A stretch of DNA of 64,000 nt from Atractiella rhizophila. Its lineage: Eukaryota. A program made the position numbers and the translations under genes. Below the pieces are notes generated by a model, which was given only the letters and a program-made list of their open reading frames with translations, did no database searches and was not told where the DNA came from. Below are positions 1 to 10,799 of the stretch, piece by piece. Numbering within the stretch: position 1 is the stretch's first letter; every line of letters begins with the position of its first letter. The stretch is taken from contig MU271322.1 of assembly GCA_021432655.1 (NCBI GenBank), positions 1 to 64,000 on the forward strand, in the 5' to 3' direction.

Positions 1-1125
1 AGCACATTTGCAACATGGATGGAAACATTAGCGTACGCCGGCTAAATCTATCCACGGCGTGATCCTGCGCGTTTTTAAAAGCCTCCAAGAATTGCGTCCC
101 TTCTCCGTCTCCCTCCTCTAGCTCTTTCAGAGTATCGAGACAGACACCAAAGAAAAGCTCGCTGCCAGCATCGATAGTAAACCGTCCAAAAGCCTCTTGC
201 ACGTCCACGGCCCTGTTTGTAGAGGCAGCGCGGGAGAAATATTCGAGGAGCTTGTCACAATGTTGACGAAAGTGCGAGTAATCGTTCACTTCGTCCTTTG
301 AGAAGTGTGGTCGCTATAAACTAAAGTCAAATACCACGAGACCAAGGTAGTGGACCGCTTACAGTAAGCGTACGATGAAATTGCCAAAGCCCTTTCTGTT
401 TTCAACTTGTCATAATAATCTAATGGCTCAATGAACAATAACAAACCTGGTCGCTGTTGAATACTCCGTCCCCAAGGAAGTCTTTCAGGTTGGTTATAAA
501 TGTTTTATCTTTCCTGGATTCAACCTTAGGAAGCCTATTAAGAATTACGTAGCAACATACCCATAGTTCTCAAAGTTGGTTGTGAGCACTTGCTTCATAT
601 GATTCGGCTCCCACGTCGAGATGGCATAACGCCTGAGGTCGGACGCTGAGAAACTGACGATCAAAAGATGAAAGAATAGACTAACCCAGGAACAACAGAA
701 TTAATGATTGGCGCTCCGACCCTGCTCATCAAGTACGCAGGTCAGTACAGCCCGGAGAGGCCGGGAGGTGAGAAGGCGAACTTGTCCCTCTGGATGCTTG
801 CCAATTCACCAGGCTCCAATTTCCTTGCTGCTTTACCCAATTCGAACATTCTAGCAATTTCTGAGCCAGGAATCCACCTGCGCTTGGGAACGCTCTTAGG
901 TACGACTCTGGCATTGTATCGTCTTGCATTACGCGCTTCATTCCAGTCTGCGGTGAAGATGGATAGGTTGTGTATCACGAAGATGGAGATGATGAACGTG
1001 AGGATTTTTGGGAGGGGGAGAGGAGGGAGGAGGAAGGAGACCAAAAGGGAATAGAGCACGGTGTGGGGCAAAGGCAGTTGCATGCCTGAGTTTGTGAGGA
1101 GTGGGACAAGTGGTCGAAGCACCAT
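1..1125 (-). CDS. Cytochrome P450, CYP63/CYP52-like; 5' part only, runs off the window start; multi-exon
   Basis: Hydrophobic N-terminus in ORF 742..1125. Manually translated downstream exons give ISTWEPNHMKQVLTTNFENYG, FITNLKDFLGDGVFNSD and RPHFSKDEVNDYSHFRQHCDKLL...AVDVQEAFGRFTIDAGSELFFG, which match the B-E helix region of CYP52/CYP63 enzymes. The heme motif lies outside the window. Confidence 0.85.
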
Positions 1126-1603
1126 CGTGACAGCTAGTTATTGGGAGTAGCAGAAATAGATTAGATGGACATTCACGAGAGGGGCAAGTTATAAGTAAAT
1201 CGCAAACCAAGAGCCGGCGGGACGGGCACGACCGTGGTTCTTTTCAATCTGCCTTCCCGGAGGCGGAGGCGCCACCATCGACCTTCGCACGTTCGCTCTT
1301 GCGGCCTCATGACTCAGCCTACAACATGACATTGAAGTGAAAGCCAATTAAAGCGTTTTAGTGAAAGCGCGAGCGCTCGCGCTGTAGTTGATCATAAAGT
1401 TGGCTGACAAAGGATGAACAAGCCAAAAGGTGGCCTTACACGAGTGGGGTCATTAGCAGCTTGAAAAGCCATCAGGCCATTAAGATGGAGGAGGAAACAA
1501 AAGAACGACGATGGGTATTGACTGAGAGACTGAATAGACATATGTACAACCTCTCCTTTCTACCTCTGAGAGAGGACACACCTGACGTCGACAACCCAAA
1601 GAC

Positions 1604-2029
1604 TTAAACAAACCACCTATACAGAATCCAAAGGACCAAGAACCCAGCTGCAATATACAAAACGATTTTAGTTTGGCTATGCTTCCCGTTCACACTCCTT
1701 GTTAGCCTTGTGCTCGTGTTCTGTAGTGCGGATGTGAAGCGATCGAAGGTGTTTGAGGTGGTGTCAAGGAGTGCGTTTTGGGATTGGGAATCGGAGTGGA
1801 TGTCTATAGTGACCTATATACCCCAGAACAGTCAATTACCATTTCCGTCCTGTCCTGAAAGAGCAATACGCACGGAACGGAGTGTCTTGATTTTCGAATG
1901 GAGTGATTGTAAGCGCTCCTCGTTCTGACGCTCAAATTCCTCGTCTTGCCGTAGGGCAGAGGTATGTTTGCTGTTCCCGACTAGCTCAGCATTCGAATAC
2001 CTGGCAAGCGTAGAAACAGCCAACCTCAT
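1604..2029 (-). CDS. BET1: Bet1/Sft1-like Qc-SNARE, tail-anchored Golgi protein; 2 introns
   Basis: Spliced product MSKHTSALRQDEEFERQNEERLQSLHSKIKTLRSV-TIDIHSDSQSQNALLDTTSNTFDRFTSALQNT...TKIVLYIAAGFLVLWILYRWFV*: a SNARE heptad followed by a C-terminal TM anchor. Confidence 0.8.
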
Positions 2030-2305
2030 GTTGCTTCGTTGATGTGGTAAGTTATGCTTTTGACCAAATCAAGAAAATACCGACGTACGGAGTACTGTTT
2101 GTTTCGGGTTGTCCATGTCGGCACGGCACGCGCACGACAGATCCTCCACTTTGCAAGGCTATTAAGTGCTTGCAAGCATGCGAAGAATCCGAAGATGAAG
2201 AAGGCTTTCCCGCTTTCGACCGTCTGAACCGTTCGTTCTAAAGAAAGAAAAGATGAAGCATTCAAACGACCATTACAAACTCTTCCCGTGACGAAGTGCT
2301 GAGGG

Positions 2306-2313
2306 TATAAAAA
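2306..2313 (+). promoter_or_regulatory. Candidate TATA box of the DHA1 transporter
   Basis: TATAAAAA about 40 nt upstream of ATG 2351, in the divergent intergenic region shared with the SNARE gene. Confidence 0.45.
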
Positions 2314-2350
2314 CCCTGATATCGCAGTGTGAGGCGTAAAGTCATACGTC

Positions 2351-4267
2351 ATGAAAGACACGATATCCAACTTGAATACAACTGGTTCACTAGAGTCAGC
2401 ATTTGACAAACATGATGCTGGAGGGAAGAGTAGCGCTATAGGGAACACTGAGGGGAATACTGAGAAGAGGGCGCGATTGTCAAGTTCTACTTCGACCACA
2501 GACGTGGAGCAAGATGTTGAGAAGGCGCACGCTTCATACCTCGATGACTTAGTCACGTTTGATGGTGCAGACGACCCAGCAAATCCCAAAAATTGGGCAA
2601 CTGTTCGAAAATGGACCGTGACCATGATGCTTGGGTGCACCACGTTGGGAGCTACCTTCTCTGCTTCTTGCATAGCTGCTGGAGTGACTGGAGTAATGAA
2701 GGAGTTCGATATTGGACGTGAAGTGGCCATCCTGATTGTCAGCTTCTTTGTCTTTGGTACTTGTTCCCTTTCTGTCTTTACTGTAGCTTGAAATCACTTT
2801 CCGTCTGTAGGATTTATTCTTGGACCAATTCTGTGGGGTCCTATGTCAGAAACCTATGGACGGAGACCTGCAGTTCTCCTCCCCTACATATCCTTCATTG
2901 CCTTTACGGCCGGCACGGCAGCCGCAAAAGACCTTCAAACAGTATTGATAACGCGTTTCTTCGCTGGAGTAGCGGCCAGTGCTCCGGTCACCAATGTCGG
3001 AGGGGCTTTGAGCGACCTTTGGGAGCAAAAAACGCGCGCAATAGTACGTCGTTCTTTTGATATCCTGTTCATGTTTGACTGCTTGGGAACAGGCAATCGT
3101 CCTCTACAGCTTCGCTGTTGTTGGTGGACCGACATTCGGACCTATAGTTGGAGCTGCAGTCTCTCAGGACTCCTCTTTAGGTTGGCGATGGACACAATGG
3201 ATCACACTGATCCTCATTTCCACCATATTCGCCGTCGACGTCTTCTTCCTCCCAGAAACCTTCGCGCCGGCCATCCTAACGGCGAAAGCAAAACGATTAA
3301 GGTTAAAGACGAAAAATTGGGCTTTACATTCTGCTCAGGAAATGGAGGATCATGGCATTGCGGAGTTCTTTGAGAAGACCGTGAGACGACCGCTTGAAAT
3401 GCTGGTTCTAGAACCCATTTGCGCACTTGTATGCACCTACAACGCCTTTACCTTCGGTCCGTAACCGGTTTTATAAATCATAACAATCTAAACATGATTT
3501 AGGCATCCTCTTTCTGACCTTCGAGGCTTTCCCAATCGAATTCTCTGAAAACAGAGGCTGGAACCCACTCGAAGCGGCACTTCCATTTCTCGCCGTCCTC
3601 GCAGGGATGCTAACAGCCGGCGGGATTCTGATATTCTACAATCTACGCTTCTACATCCCCTACGTTTCCTCGCACGGCGGAAAAGCAGCGCCGGAACGAC
3701 GTCTTCCCCCAATGATGCTAGGAGGCGTGATGTTTCCGATCGCCTTCTTCTATTTTGCATGGACTAGCAATAAAGACATTCATCCAGCCAATTCCGTCGC
3801 TGCTGCTTACCTTTTGGGCATCCCATTCCTCCTCGTCTTCCAGAGCGGATTGAATTACCTTATCGATGCATACGAGAAGTATGCGGCTAGCGCCATCGGT
3901 CTGTGCCACTTCTTTGTCAGGCGGATGATGGAGCTGATTTTCTGTTTATCTAGCGGCTAACACGATCATGCGTAGTATAACAGCAGGGGTCTTCCCAATA
4001 GTCGCAGCACGTAGGATGCCTCCTCTCCACTCACACGATAGTACTGAAGGAGTATGTTATAGCCTTATTTCATAACCTTGGAGTCGATTGGGGGACTTCC
4101 CTTCTAGGCTTCATATCAGTTGCACTTGCTTGCGTGCCATTTCTCTTCTATCGCTATGGAGAAAAGTAAGCACTTAGCACTGTCTCCAGCTCTATCTTGA
4201 CTCGAACTCGTAATGATGTGGTTACAACAGGATTAGGGGAATGTCAAGATTCGTAGGCAACCGATAA
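2351..4267 (+). CDS. MFS drug:H+ antiporter, DHA1 family (Tpo/Flr1-like); multi-exon
   Basis: VTFDGADDPANPKNW, GPMSETYGRRP, GGALSDLW, GPTFGPIVG, WRWTQW, LPETFAP, PERRLPPMMLGG, NYLIDAYEKYAASA; ends YRYGEKIRGMSRFVGNR*. Confidence 0.93.
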
Positions 4268-4452
4268 CAGGAATTCATGACGAATAGAATTTTACGACAT
4301 ACAGACTCAGTGATGCTACATGTTAACGACTAAAATCAACTCGATCAAGTAGAACACCTGAATAACAACTCTCAGTTATCATTTACCTTTTGTTGAACGG
4401 AAAGACAATTGAAAGAGCTTCATAAAAATTAGAAATACATCTTCGACTCGAT

Positions 4453-5277
4453 TTATTTTCTTCGTGTTCCCAGCCCCACCAACGCAGCATTTCCACTTCT
4501 CCTCACACGACGAAAAGTCAGACTCACCCTTCTTTCTCGTTGCTCTTCCCCTCGAATCTCATGTCTCCAGCATTCGTAAAGGTCTTTCGTCAAAACTAGC
4601 AGGCTACCCTCTTCGACGTTCACCTCAAACGACTTCGGAATTTCTTCCGCCCTGAAATTCTTGAATTGATCGGATAAAATGTCCGGCGTGAAATGTAAAG
4701 TGGTGGGACCAGCGAGGGAGAGTGTTAGGACCAGGGGATAGTAGGCTGGACCATCGGTATGAGGTAGTATGCCCTGGGAAGGCAGATATTCGTTAACCAG
4801 GCACTTGGATTCCGTATCAGCCGGCTGGCATAACATGACGGACACAATGGACTACTGGACGACGAACAGAATTCATCCCTCTCTCTGGCCATTCTACTCC
4901 TTCCAAGTTTTTCACCTTATCCTCCAGCAGGGTAAGAAGCTCCAAGTCCCTGATGAATGAAGGCCATTCTATGGGGAGCCAGAAGCTCTTTTGCCCGCTC
5001 GAAGAAGTGACCATGTCTCCTCCTTCGAATAGCAATGATGAGAGCGTCACTGATTTGTAGAGAATTGCTGGGACGCACCGAGCCACATCCTGCGCCTCCC
5101 GCGCACCTCTCTCCAACTTTTCGACGCATCCAAATGAGTAAGAAGGCATTCTTGAAGGTGAAGAGGGAGGAAGTTGGGAAACTTGTATAGAAGCGGAGCA
5201 GGTGTGTGGATACGACCATCTACTGGTGCAGTGATTTCAGAAGATTCAATTTCGCGGTTCACAGTCCTGTTGCTCAT
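4453..5277 (-). CDS. AlkB-family 2OG-Fe(II) dioxygenase, ALKBH6-like; 2 introns
   Basis: CLVNEYLPSQGILPHTDGPAYYP (HxD), GSLLVLTKDLYECWRHEI (distal His) and RVSLTFRRV (RxSxTxR). First exon starts at ATG 5277; intron 1 is about 5023-5078. Confidence 0.85.
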
Positions 5278-5741
5278 AACATAGAAGACCTATAGAGAGC
5301 TTGAAGGATGGTGCAACTCTTGAAAACGCGTTTCTTCCGCAAATTGTAAATACTAGAGTACCCCGTTTGAAAGAGCAAAAAAAAAAAAAAAAGCAATGAT
5401 GAGAGCGTCACTGATTTGTAGAAAATTGTTGGGACGCACCGAGCCACATCCTACGCCTCCCGCGCACCTCTCTCCAATTTTTTGACGCGTCCAAATGAGT
5501 AAGAAGGCATTCTTGAAGGTGAAGAGGGAGGATGTTGGGAAACTTGTATAGAAGTGGAGCAGGTGTGTGGATACGACCATCTAATGGTGCAGTGACTTCA
5601 GAAGATTCAATTTCGCGGTTCACAGTCCTGTTGCTCATAACATGGAAGACCTATAGAGAGCTTGAAGGATGGTGCAACTCTTGAAAACGCGTTTCTTCCG
5701 CAAATTGTAAATACTAGAGTACCCCGTTTGAAAGAGCAAAA
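5031..5741. repeat. Tandem direct duplication of a 350-bp unit (5031-5380 and 5392-5741) with an A16 run (5377-5392) at the junction
   Basis: Manual alignment gives period 361 bp, no indels and 11 substitutions. The unit covers the promoter, exon 1 and most of intron 1 of the ALKBH6-like gene. Confidence 0.97.
5392..5638 (-). pseudogene. Partial duplicate of the ALKBH6-like gene (exon 1 plus truncated intron 1), or an alternative first exon
   Basis: ORF 5408..5638 nearly equals ORF 5047..5277 (4 aa differences in the exon). It keeps the GTGCGT donor but lacks the intron acceptor. Confidence 0.7.
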
Positions 5742-6369
5742 CACAGCTTTGATAGAAAGTAGAGAATCTCGTCTACCGATATTCCAAAGAAGTGAAAGTA
5801 CCCTTAGCCGAGCAAATCAAAAGTCGTTGTCGTATATCGTCTACGCGGAACCCTTTCGGATAAGCCTGCGGAAGGAGAACGACTCTGTGAGAAATAAAGG
5901 TGATACTTGGAACCAGAAGATATTTTGCGGTGGTGTTTGGCACTCAGTAATAATTTTAAACGTCCAAGATAGGCAAATTTAAGCAACAATGTCCACACTC
6001 TATGTTGGTATGTGTCAACTCTTTTTACTCTGATGCATTTTTCGAAGATCCCCTCAATATAAAATATAAATCTTTAAAATAAGTTTGTGCCTTACACCCT
6101 ATCCTCTTCTGAACCAGGGAACTAGCAACCTCAACGCCTGGAAAGACTTTCGCCGAGAGCTCCCAAGTCAGCCTCCTCGAAATAACGAGGTAGTCGCATA
6201 TCCATGTGTGGCTTCACTTTATAGATCGCATATATTGGGTATTATTTGCATCGGGTCGCTCACCTGATTTACCTAAATTAATGGAACCTTGTGGAACAAG
6301 GTACAGGAAGGAGTGATAAGCAGAGCTTTTGATTCTTTACTTTACAGATAGATTGCACGTCGTTCGAGT

Positions 6370-6900
6370 TTACGCCCATTTCCAGCCTGCCTGCCCCAAA
6401 GAATCCCTAACCTTCTCCTTTTCTTTTTCCTTCACGAGGATATAATCCGTGTCGAACGTGCTGATAGCGAAGATGGACAATCCGTCTTTTTTCAACGGCT
6501 CCAACAGAGTAGCCATCACACCTGCACAATATGTCAGACCACATCTTGATGCCAATTCAAAGGAATATTGAGGGGGAACGAGACCAGTCATTGAGAGTTC
6601 CAATGGACCAGTGATCAAAAAGCCAGAATATGGGCCTTCTTTCTCCACCCCTTCGGTAACGAGCAATGAATCTGAATCAGTCACGATCGATAGCTCCTTC
6701 TCCGTCCTCGTGACGGATAAGAAGAGAGGCTGAGAGGTCGAAGTGGATGATGGATTGGTTTTGCCGGTGGGTCCGAATGGCGATAAGAGGTTGATTTGCA
6801 CTTCCTTCGGGAGAGGAGAAGACGCTGGGAAGCGGTAGATGAAGAAGGATTGAGGGAGGAAACGAAGTGTGAGAGAGGGGTGAGAGAGGTCGAGGGACAT
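6370..6900 (-). CDS. CASTOR/ACT_7-type ACT-domain protein; 1 in-frame intron
   Basis: FLSVTRTEKELSIV, GPLELSMTG|VMATLLEPLKKDGLSIFAISTFDTDYILVKE; probable start MSLDL at 6900. Confidence 0.88.
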   Translation of the reverse strand: MSLDLSHPSLTLRFLPQSFFIYRFPASSPLPKEVQINLLSPFGPTGKTNPSSTSTSQPLFLSVTRTEKELSIVTDSDSLLVTEGVEKEGPYSGFLITGPLELSMTGLVPPQYSFELASRCGLTYCAGVMATLLEPLKKDGLSIFAISTFDTDYILVKEKEKEKVRDSLGQAGWKWA

Positions 6901-7441
6901 TTCGCTTGCAATGTCAATGTCGACTTTGTGAATGGTGATGAGGTTGAGGTATACGACTCGGACCTTAGCCCTATGATTTATATTATGATTATGATGCTGG
7001 ATCAACTGATGGGTCAGCAATGACTCGACCGAATGTAGAACGCCGGGACGAGTTCACTTGAAGTCGTATTTGTCCTCAGAGCATATGTTTTGTTATGCTT
7101 GTCAGAGCGTCTGGAGAGTGTCGAATGACACGCAAATTTGTTTTGCGTTGCGACCGTCACGAGGGGTGCAAACATGAACCTAACTCACCCGCTAGCCTTC
7201 GTTCTTCTACTTTATTGACTTTTTCCACTTTTGTTTCCCCCGTCCAAAGGAGAAACAGTCGACGCGTCCTTCTCTTTCATACATGGACTATTGGTGACGC
7301 TTTGGCTATAGAGAATCGTACTACCGCATGTACCTTGATGTGCATCTGTGAATGAAGGAACCGCAAGTGGAGCAGGAGCCGCAATGCAAGCGGGAGGGAT
7401 TTCTCCCCTTGAGAACTTGATGGATCGCCTCCCAGCCACGA

Positions 7442-7450
7442 TATATAAAG
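7442..7450 (+). promoter_or_regulatory. Candidate TATA box of the GST gene
   Basis: TATATAAAG about 100 nt upstream of ATG 7545, followed by a pyrimidine-rich leader. Confidence 0.5.
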
Positions 7451-7544
7451 GTCTACGCTAGTCTTGTCTTTCTACAGCTCACAACTACTTTACTGAGCCA
7501 GAACCCGGCTCTCTTTCACTCTAATCAAGCACCATTACGAGTCG

Positions 7545-8479
7545 ATGGCAACGAAGATCAAAATCACCTACTTCCCGGTTTGTGGGTACCTCGAACCGAT
7601 CCGTCTTCTACTCGAAGATGCCGGTCAGCACCATCTCTTCCTCTCCCCTTAGAAAAAAGTGACAATATCTTGATGATGTCCATTCAGGAGCGGAGTACGA
7701 AGACTACCGATTCAAAGGTCCACAGGATTGGGAGTCGCATAAATCAGCTCCAGACTGGGGCGAAAAGTGTCCATTCGGTCTATATCCCGTCTTAGAAGTA
7801 AATCTCTCCTCCCCTTCTCCTCCTTCTCTCCACTCCCCACTCCGCTGATTGAGAAATAGTACGACGATTTCATATTACCTGAAAGCGGAGCGATCCTCCG
7901 CTTCCTCGCGTCGGAATACGGCTACGTTCCTCCCTCACCGAAGACTACAGCGCTCGTCGAGGCCCTTTACGGGAAGCTGATGGACTTGCACGAGTCCTCC
8001 GTCGAGCCGGTGAAAAGCGGACCGGAAGAGTTCAGGAAGTGGTTCGAAGAGACGTTGCCTGTTCAGATGGATCGTGTTGAGGGTTTCGTGAAGAAGTGGA
8101 ACGAGGATGGGGAGGGGTTCTTGTTGGGAACCGAAAAGGTGATCTTTCTTATTTTTGTAATACTTGTAAGAAAGGTGAAGCTGAACTGGTGGCACATTCC
8201 AGCCGTCTATTGCGGATTTTAGGTTTTTTGATATCTTCTTCTTTTATCGAAACACTTACTCTAAGGTCTTTGACAATCATACGAGACTGAGGACGGTATT
8301 TGAAAGGATGGTAAGTTCTAATATCACTCTGTATGGGAATGATCTGACCACCATGTGCTTTCTCCCGATTCTCTGTTTAGATGGAGCGTCCTGGAATCAA
8401 GGAGTATCTGGATAGCGGGAGGAGACCAAAGATTCAAGGTGGCTATGGAAGCGTTGGCAAGATTGACAAGATTCTCTAG
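7545..8479 (+). CDS. Glutathione S-transferase, Tyr-type (sigma/pi-like); 4 introns
   Basis: MATKIKITYFPVCGYLEPIRLLLEDAG|AEYEDYRF...CPFGLYPVLE|...LPESGAILRFLASEYG...GFLLGTEK...MERPGIKEYLDSGRRPKIQGG. The first exons are missed by the ORF track. Confidence 0.88.
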
Positions 8480-8942
8480 CCCATATGTCGTTGTATTCAA
8501 CAGCTTCAAGGCTTCATGTGTGACGGAATGCCTGATATTTCCTCAATAACTCATAAATACTCATGTCCTTTCTCTGCTGCTTTCCAGCGTCCACTGCTGC
8601 GGCTAAACTGCTCGGCCAACTCAAAAGCGCACCACACGTCTGATATGCCCTCGATCCTGCCCATAAACCACGCAAGTCAACAGCAAGGTCCTGTTGATGC
8701 ACTCGTTTCGAGAGAGAGAGACCATCATCGCGTACGTCGGAAGAACCCGACAGACCGGCCACGGCTTCTATCCATCCTCCGACTTTGATTTCAACTTCCA
8801 AGTTCATTTACTTCGCTCCTTCAGCCTGCTTGAGTGACGACAGTTGCAGTCACCCTAAGTCCCAGAGGCCCCTCTCTCACACATCGACTGAGTGACCCGC
8901 CAAAGTGCACAAAGGAAAACAAGGGACGAAATCGGTTCGACA

Positions 8943-10799
8943 ATGTCAGGAGGTCCGACAGTGTTCGACTTCCTCAGCTCCTGCTTCTCCACCTGCCTAC
9001 GCACCCGAGGGGCGATCCGGCTGCCCAACTCTCCTCCGCTCTCGCCCGCGCCGCATCCGAGGGACGACGTCGATGCGCTCTCCCTGCACTCCAACTTTGC
9101 CTCTCGCCCGCGCTCCCGCTCTGCCGGTGCGGATGGAGATGGCCACAGGCTGAGCAGGTGGACGCTCTTCTGGTCTTGGTTCTTCTCTGAAGGTGTCATT
9201 CGGCTCGAAGACCCGCCTTCTCCCGTCACTAGTCCTGTTAGTCCGGTGGATAGGAGGACGGTGAAGGGGAGAGGGAAGAGGAGGAGGAGGACGGCGGATG
9301 GTGCTTCGGAGAGATCGGAGAGAGAGGGGGAGTGGGAGGAGAGGGAGGGTGAGGAGGATAGGTTGGAGCTGCCGCTGAGTTTGGATGGATTTGATGGGTT
9401 GGAGGATGAACAGGCTTATGAGGCTCTTTATGGGAATGGGAGTGCGTATTTTTCTTTGACTCTTAAGGGTTTCCTTTCTGATTTAATTCATGATGATGCG
9501 ATAGGATCCATCCCAGCATCCCCATCCTCTCCCGTCCCTCCCCACCTTTCTCACTCCCAACCCTCCGACCAATTCCTAACCGAAAAGCCACCCTCACCCT
9601 ACCCCATCTCCACCGACCTCCTATCACCCACCGTCCCCTCCGGCTCCACCTCGCACCTCCTACCACCGACCCCGCCCTCCCCAACCCAATCCCACGACTC
9701 CTTCGTCCACCTCCCCACCTCGACCTCGACCCAACCCCTCGAAGAATCGAGGAACGGACACGGCGACCTCCTCTCCTTCGCGTTCCCCGTCGTCTCCGAA
9801 GTCGTGCGTCTCGCTCGGGAACGGACCCTGGAACGCGAACGCGTCGAGAGGGAGGGCGGCGGTTCCCCTCTCGCTCCCTTGGGCGATTCTGGTGGGAAGG
9901 ATGCGGAGGAGGGGGAGGCGGAGGTGGAGGTGGAGATGGACGATGCGGAGGGCTTGTTTGCGCGTCCGAAGAAGGAGAGGAGGAGCAGGAGGATCGGGCC
10001 GAACGGGACGGTTTATTCTGCGAGTTCGAACAATACAAAGAGCGGGTCGAGGAGCAGTAGACATTCGAATCGGTCCCAGAGTATGAGCGTGAGCAATAGT
10101 AGAGATGGAGGGGAAGGCGCGGAGTTCGCACTGACGTCGCCCATCGAGCGGTCGAATAGTTTGGAGGTCCCGCCTGTGGAAAAGGAGAGGGAGAGGAAGA
10201 GGAGGAAGAAGCATAAGCGGTCGGACACCGTTACGTCCGCTTCGAAGTCGACGGGGAGGAGCGAGGTCAGTGAGAGGAGCGAGAGGAGCTTGAAGAGCCA
10301 GGAAGAGGTGAACGACGACTTTCACGAGGGACTGTTCGACCAGGAACTCGCGGAGATGGCTGGTGCCGCCGCCGAACACTATGCAAATGGAAGTGGAGGT
10401 GGAAGGGTGTTGGGAGAGGAGGAGGAGGAGGCGGGAGACGAGTTGGGGAGGAACGAGACTTTGCGACAGTACTATTCGCAGCCGGAACCCCAACCCCATC
10501 TTTATCAAACCGAACCACGGTTCGAGGAATACGATGACCTGCCCCCTCTCCCTCCGAGCGCTTCGACGACCGAATTCTCGCGCGAATCCTACGACTCACA
10601 CCCATCTGCGGCGTCGGTCGATCATAATGGTGGGGAAGGAGGGGAGGGGAAGAAGAAGCGGAGGAAAAAGAAGAAGGAGAAGAGCGTGAGCGAGAGGGAG
10701 AGATGGTATGATGAGCCCCAACATGCTCAAGCTGAGAGGGCGGAAGGAGAGCAGGACGGCGGAGAGTGGGAGGGAAAGGAGGATAGGATGGCGTGGTGA
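8943..10799 (+). CDS. Uncharacterised low-complexity, probably disordered protein; likely in-frame intron at about 9442-9503
   Basis: 635-codon open frame, first ATG at 8943. Ser/Pro-rich, acidic and basic tracts (RKRRKKHKR, KKKRRKKKKEK); N-terminal SSCFSTCL. Confidence 0.75.
   Translation: MSGGPTVFDFLSSCFSTCLRTRGAIRLPNSPPLSPAPHPRDDVDALSLHSNFASRPRSRSAGADGDGHRLSRWTLFWSWFFSEGVIRLEDPPSPVTSPVSPVDRRTVKGRGKRRRRTADGASERSEREGEWEEREGEEDRLELPLSLDGFDGLEDEQAYEALYGNGSAYFSLTLKGFLSDLIHDDAIGSIPASPSSPVPPHLSHSQPSDQFLTEKPPSPYPISTDLLSPTVPSGSTSHLLPPTPPSPTQSHDSFVHLPTSTSTQPLEESRNGHGDLLSFAFPVVSEVVRLARERTLERERVEREGGGSPLAPLGDSGGKDAEEGEAEVEVEMDDAEGLFARPKKERRSRRIGPNGTVYSASSNNTKSGSRSSRHSNRSQSMSVSNSRDGGEGAEFALTSPIERSNSLEVPPVEKERERKRRKKHKRSDTVTSASKSTGRSEVSERSERSLKSQEEVNDDFHEGLFDQELAEMAGAAAEHYANGSGGGRVLGEEEEEAGDELGRNETLRQYYSQPEPQPHLYQTEPRFEEYDDLPPLPPSASTTEFSRESYDSHPSAASVDHNGGEGGEGKKKRRKKKKEKSVSERERWYDEPQHAQAERAEGEQDGGEWEGKEDRMAW

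Noticed and set aside
2026..2730. 234-aa minus-strand ORF
   Set aside because: Antisense shadow of DHA1 transporter exon 1 and the shared promoter; no motifs.
5031..5741. RIP-like mutation of the duplication
   Set aside because: Only 11 differences, in both directions and including 2 transversions; too few to claim a directional C-to-T process.
9463..10508. Long antisense ORFs (222 and 282 aa)
   Set aside because: Expected from low-complexity, GA-rich coding sequence on the plus strand.
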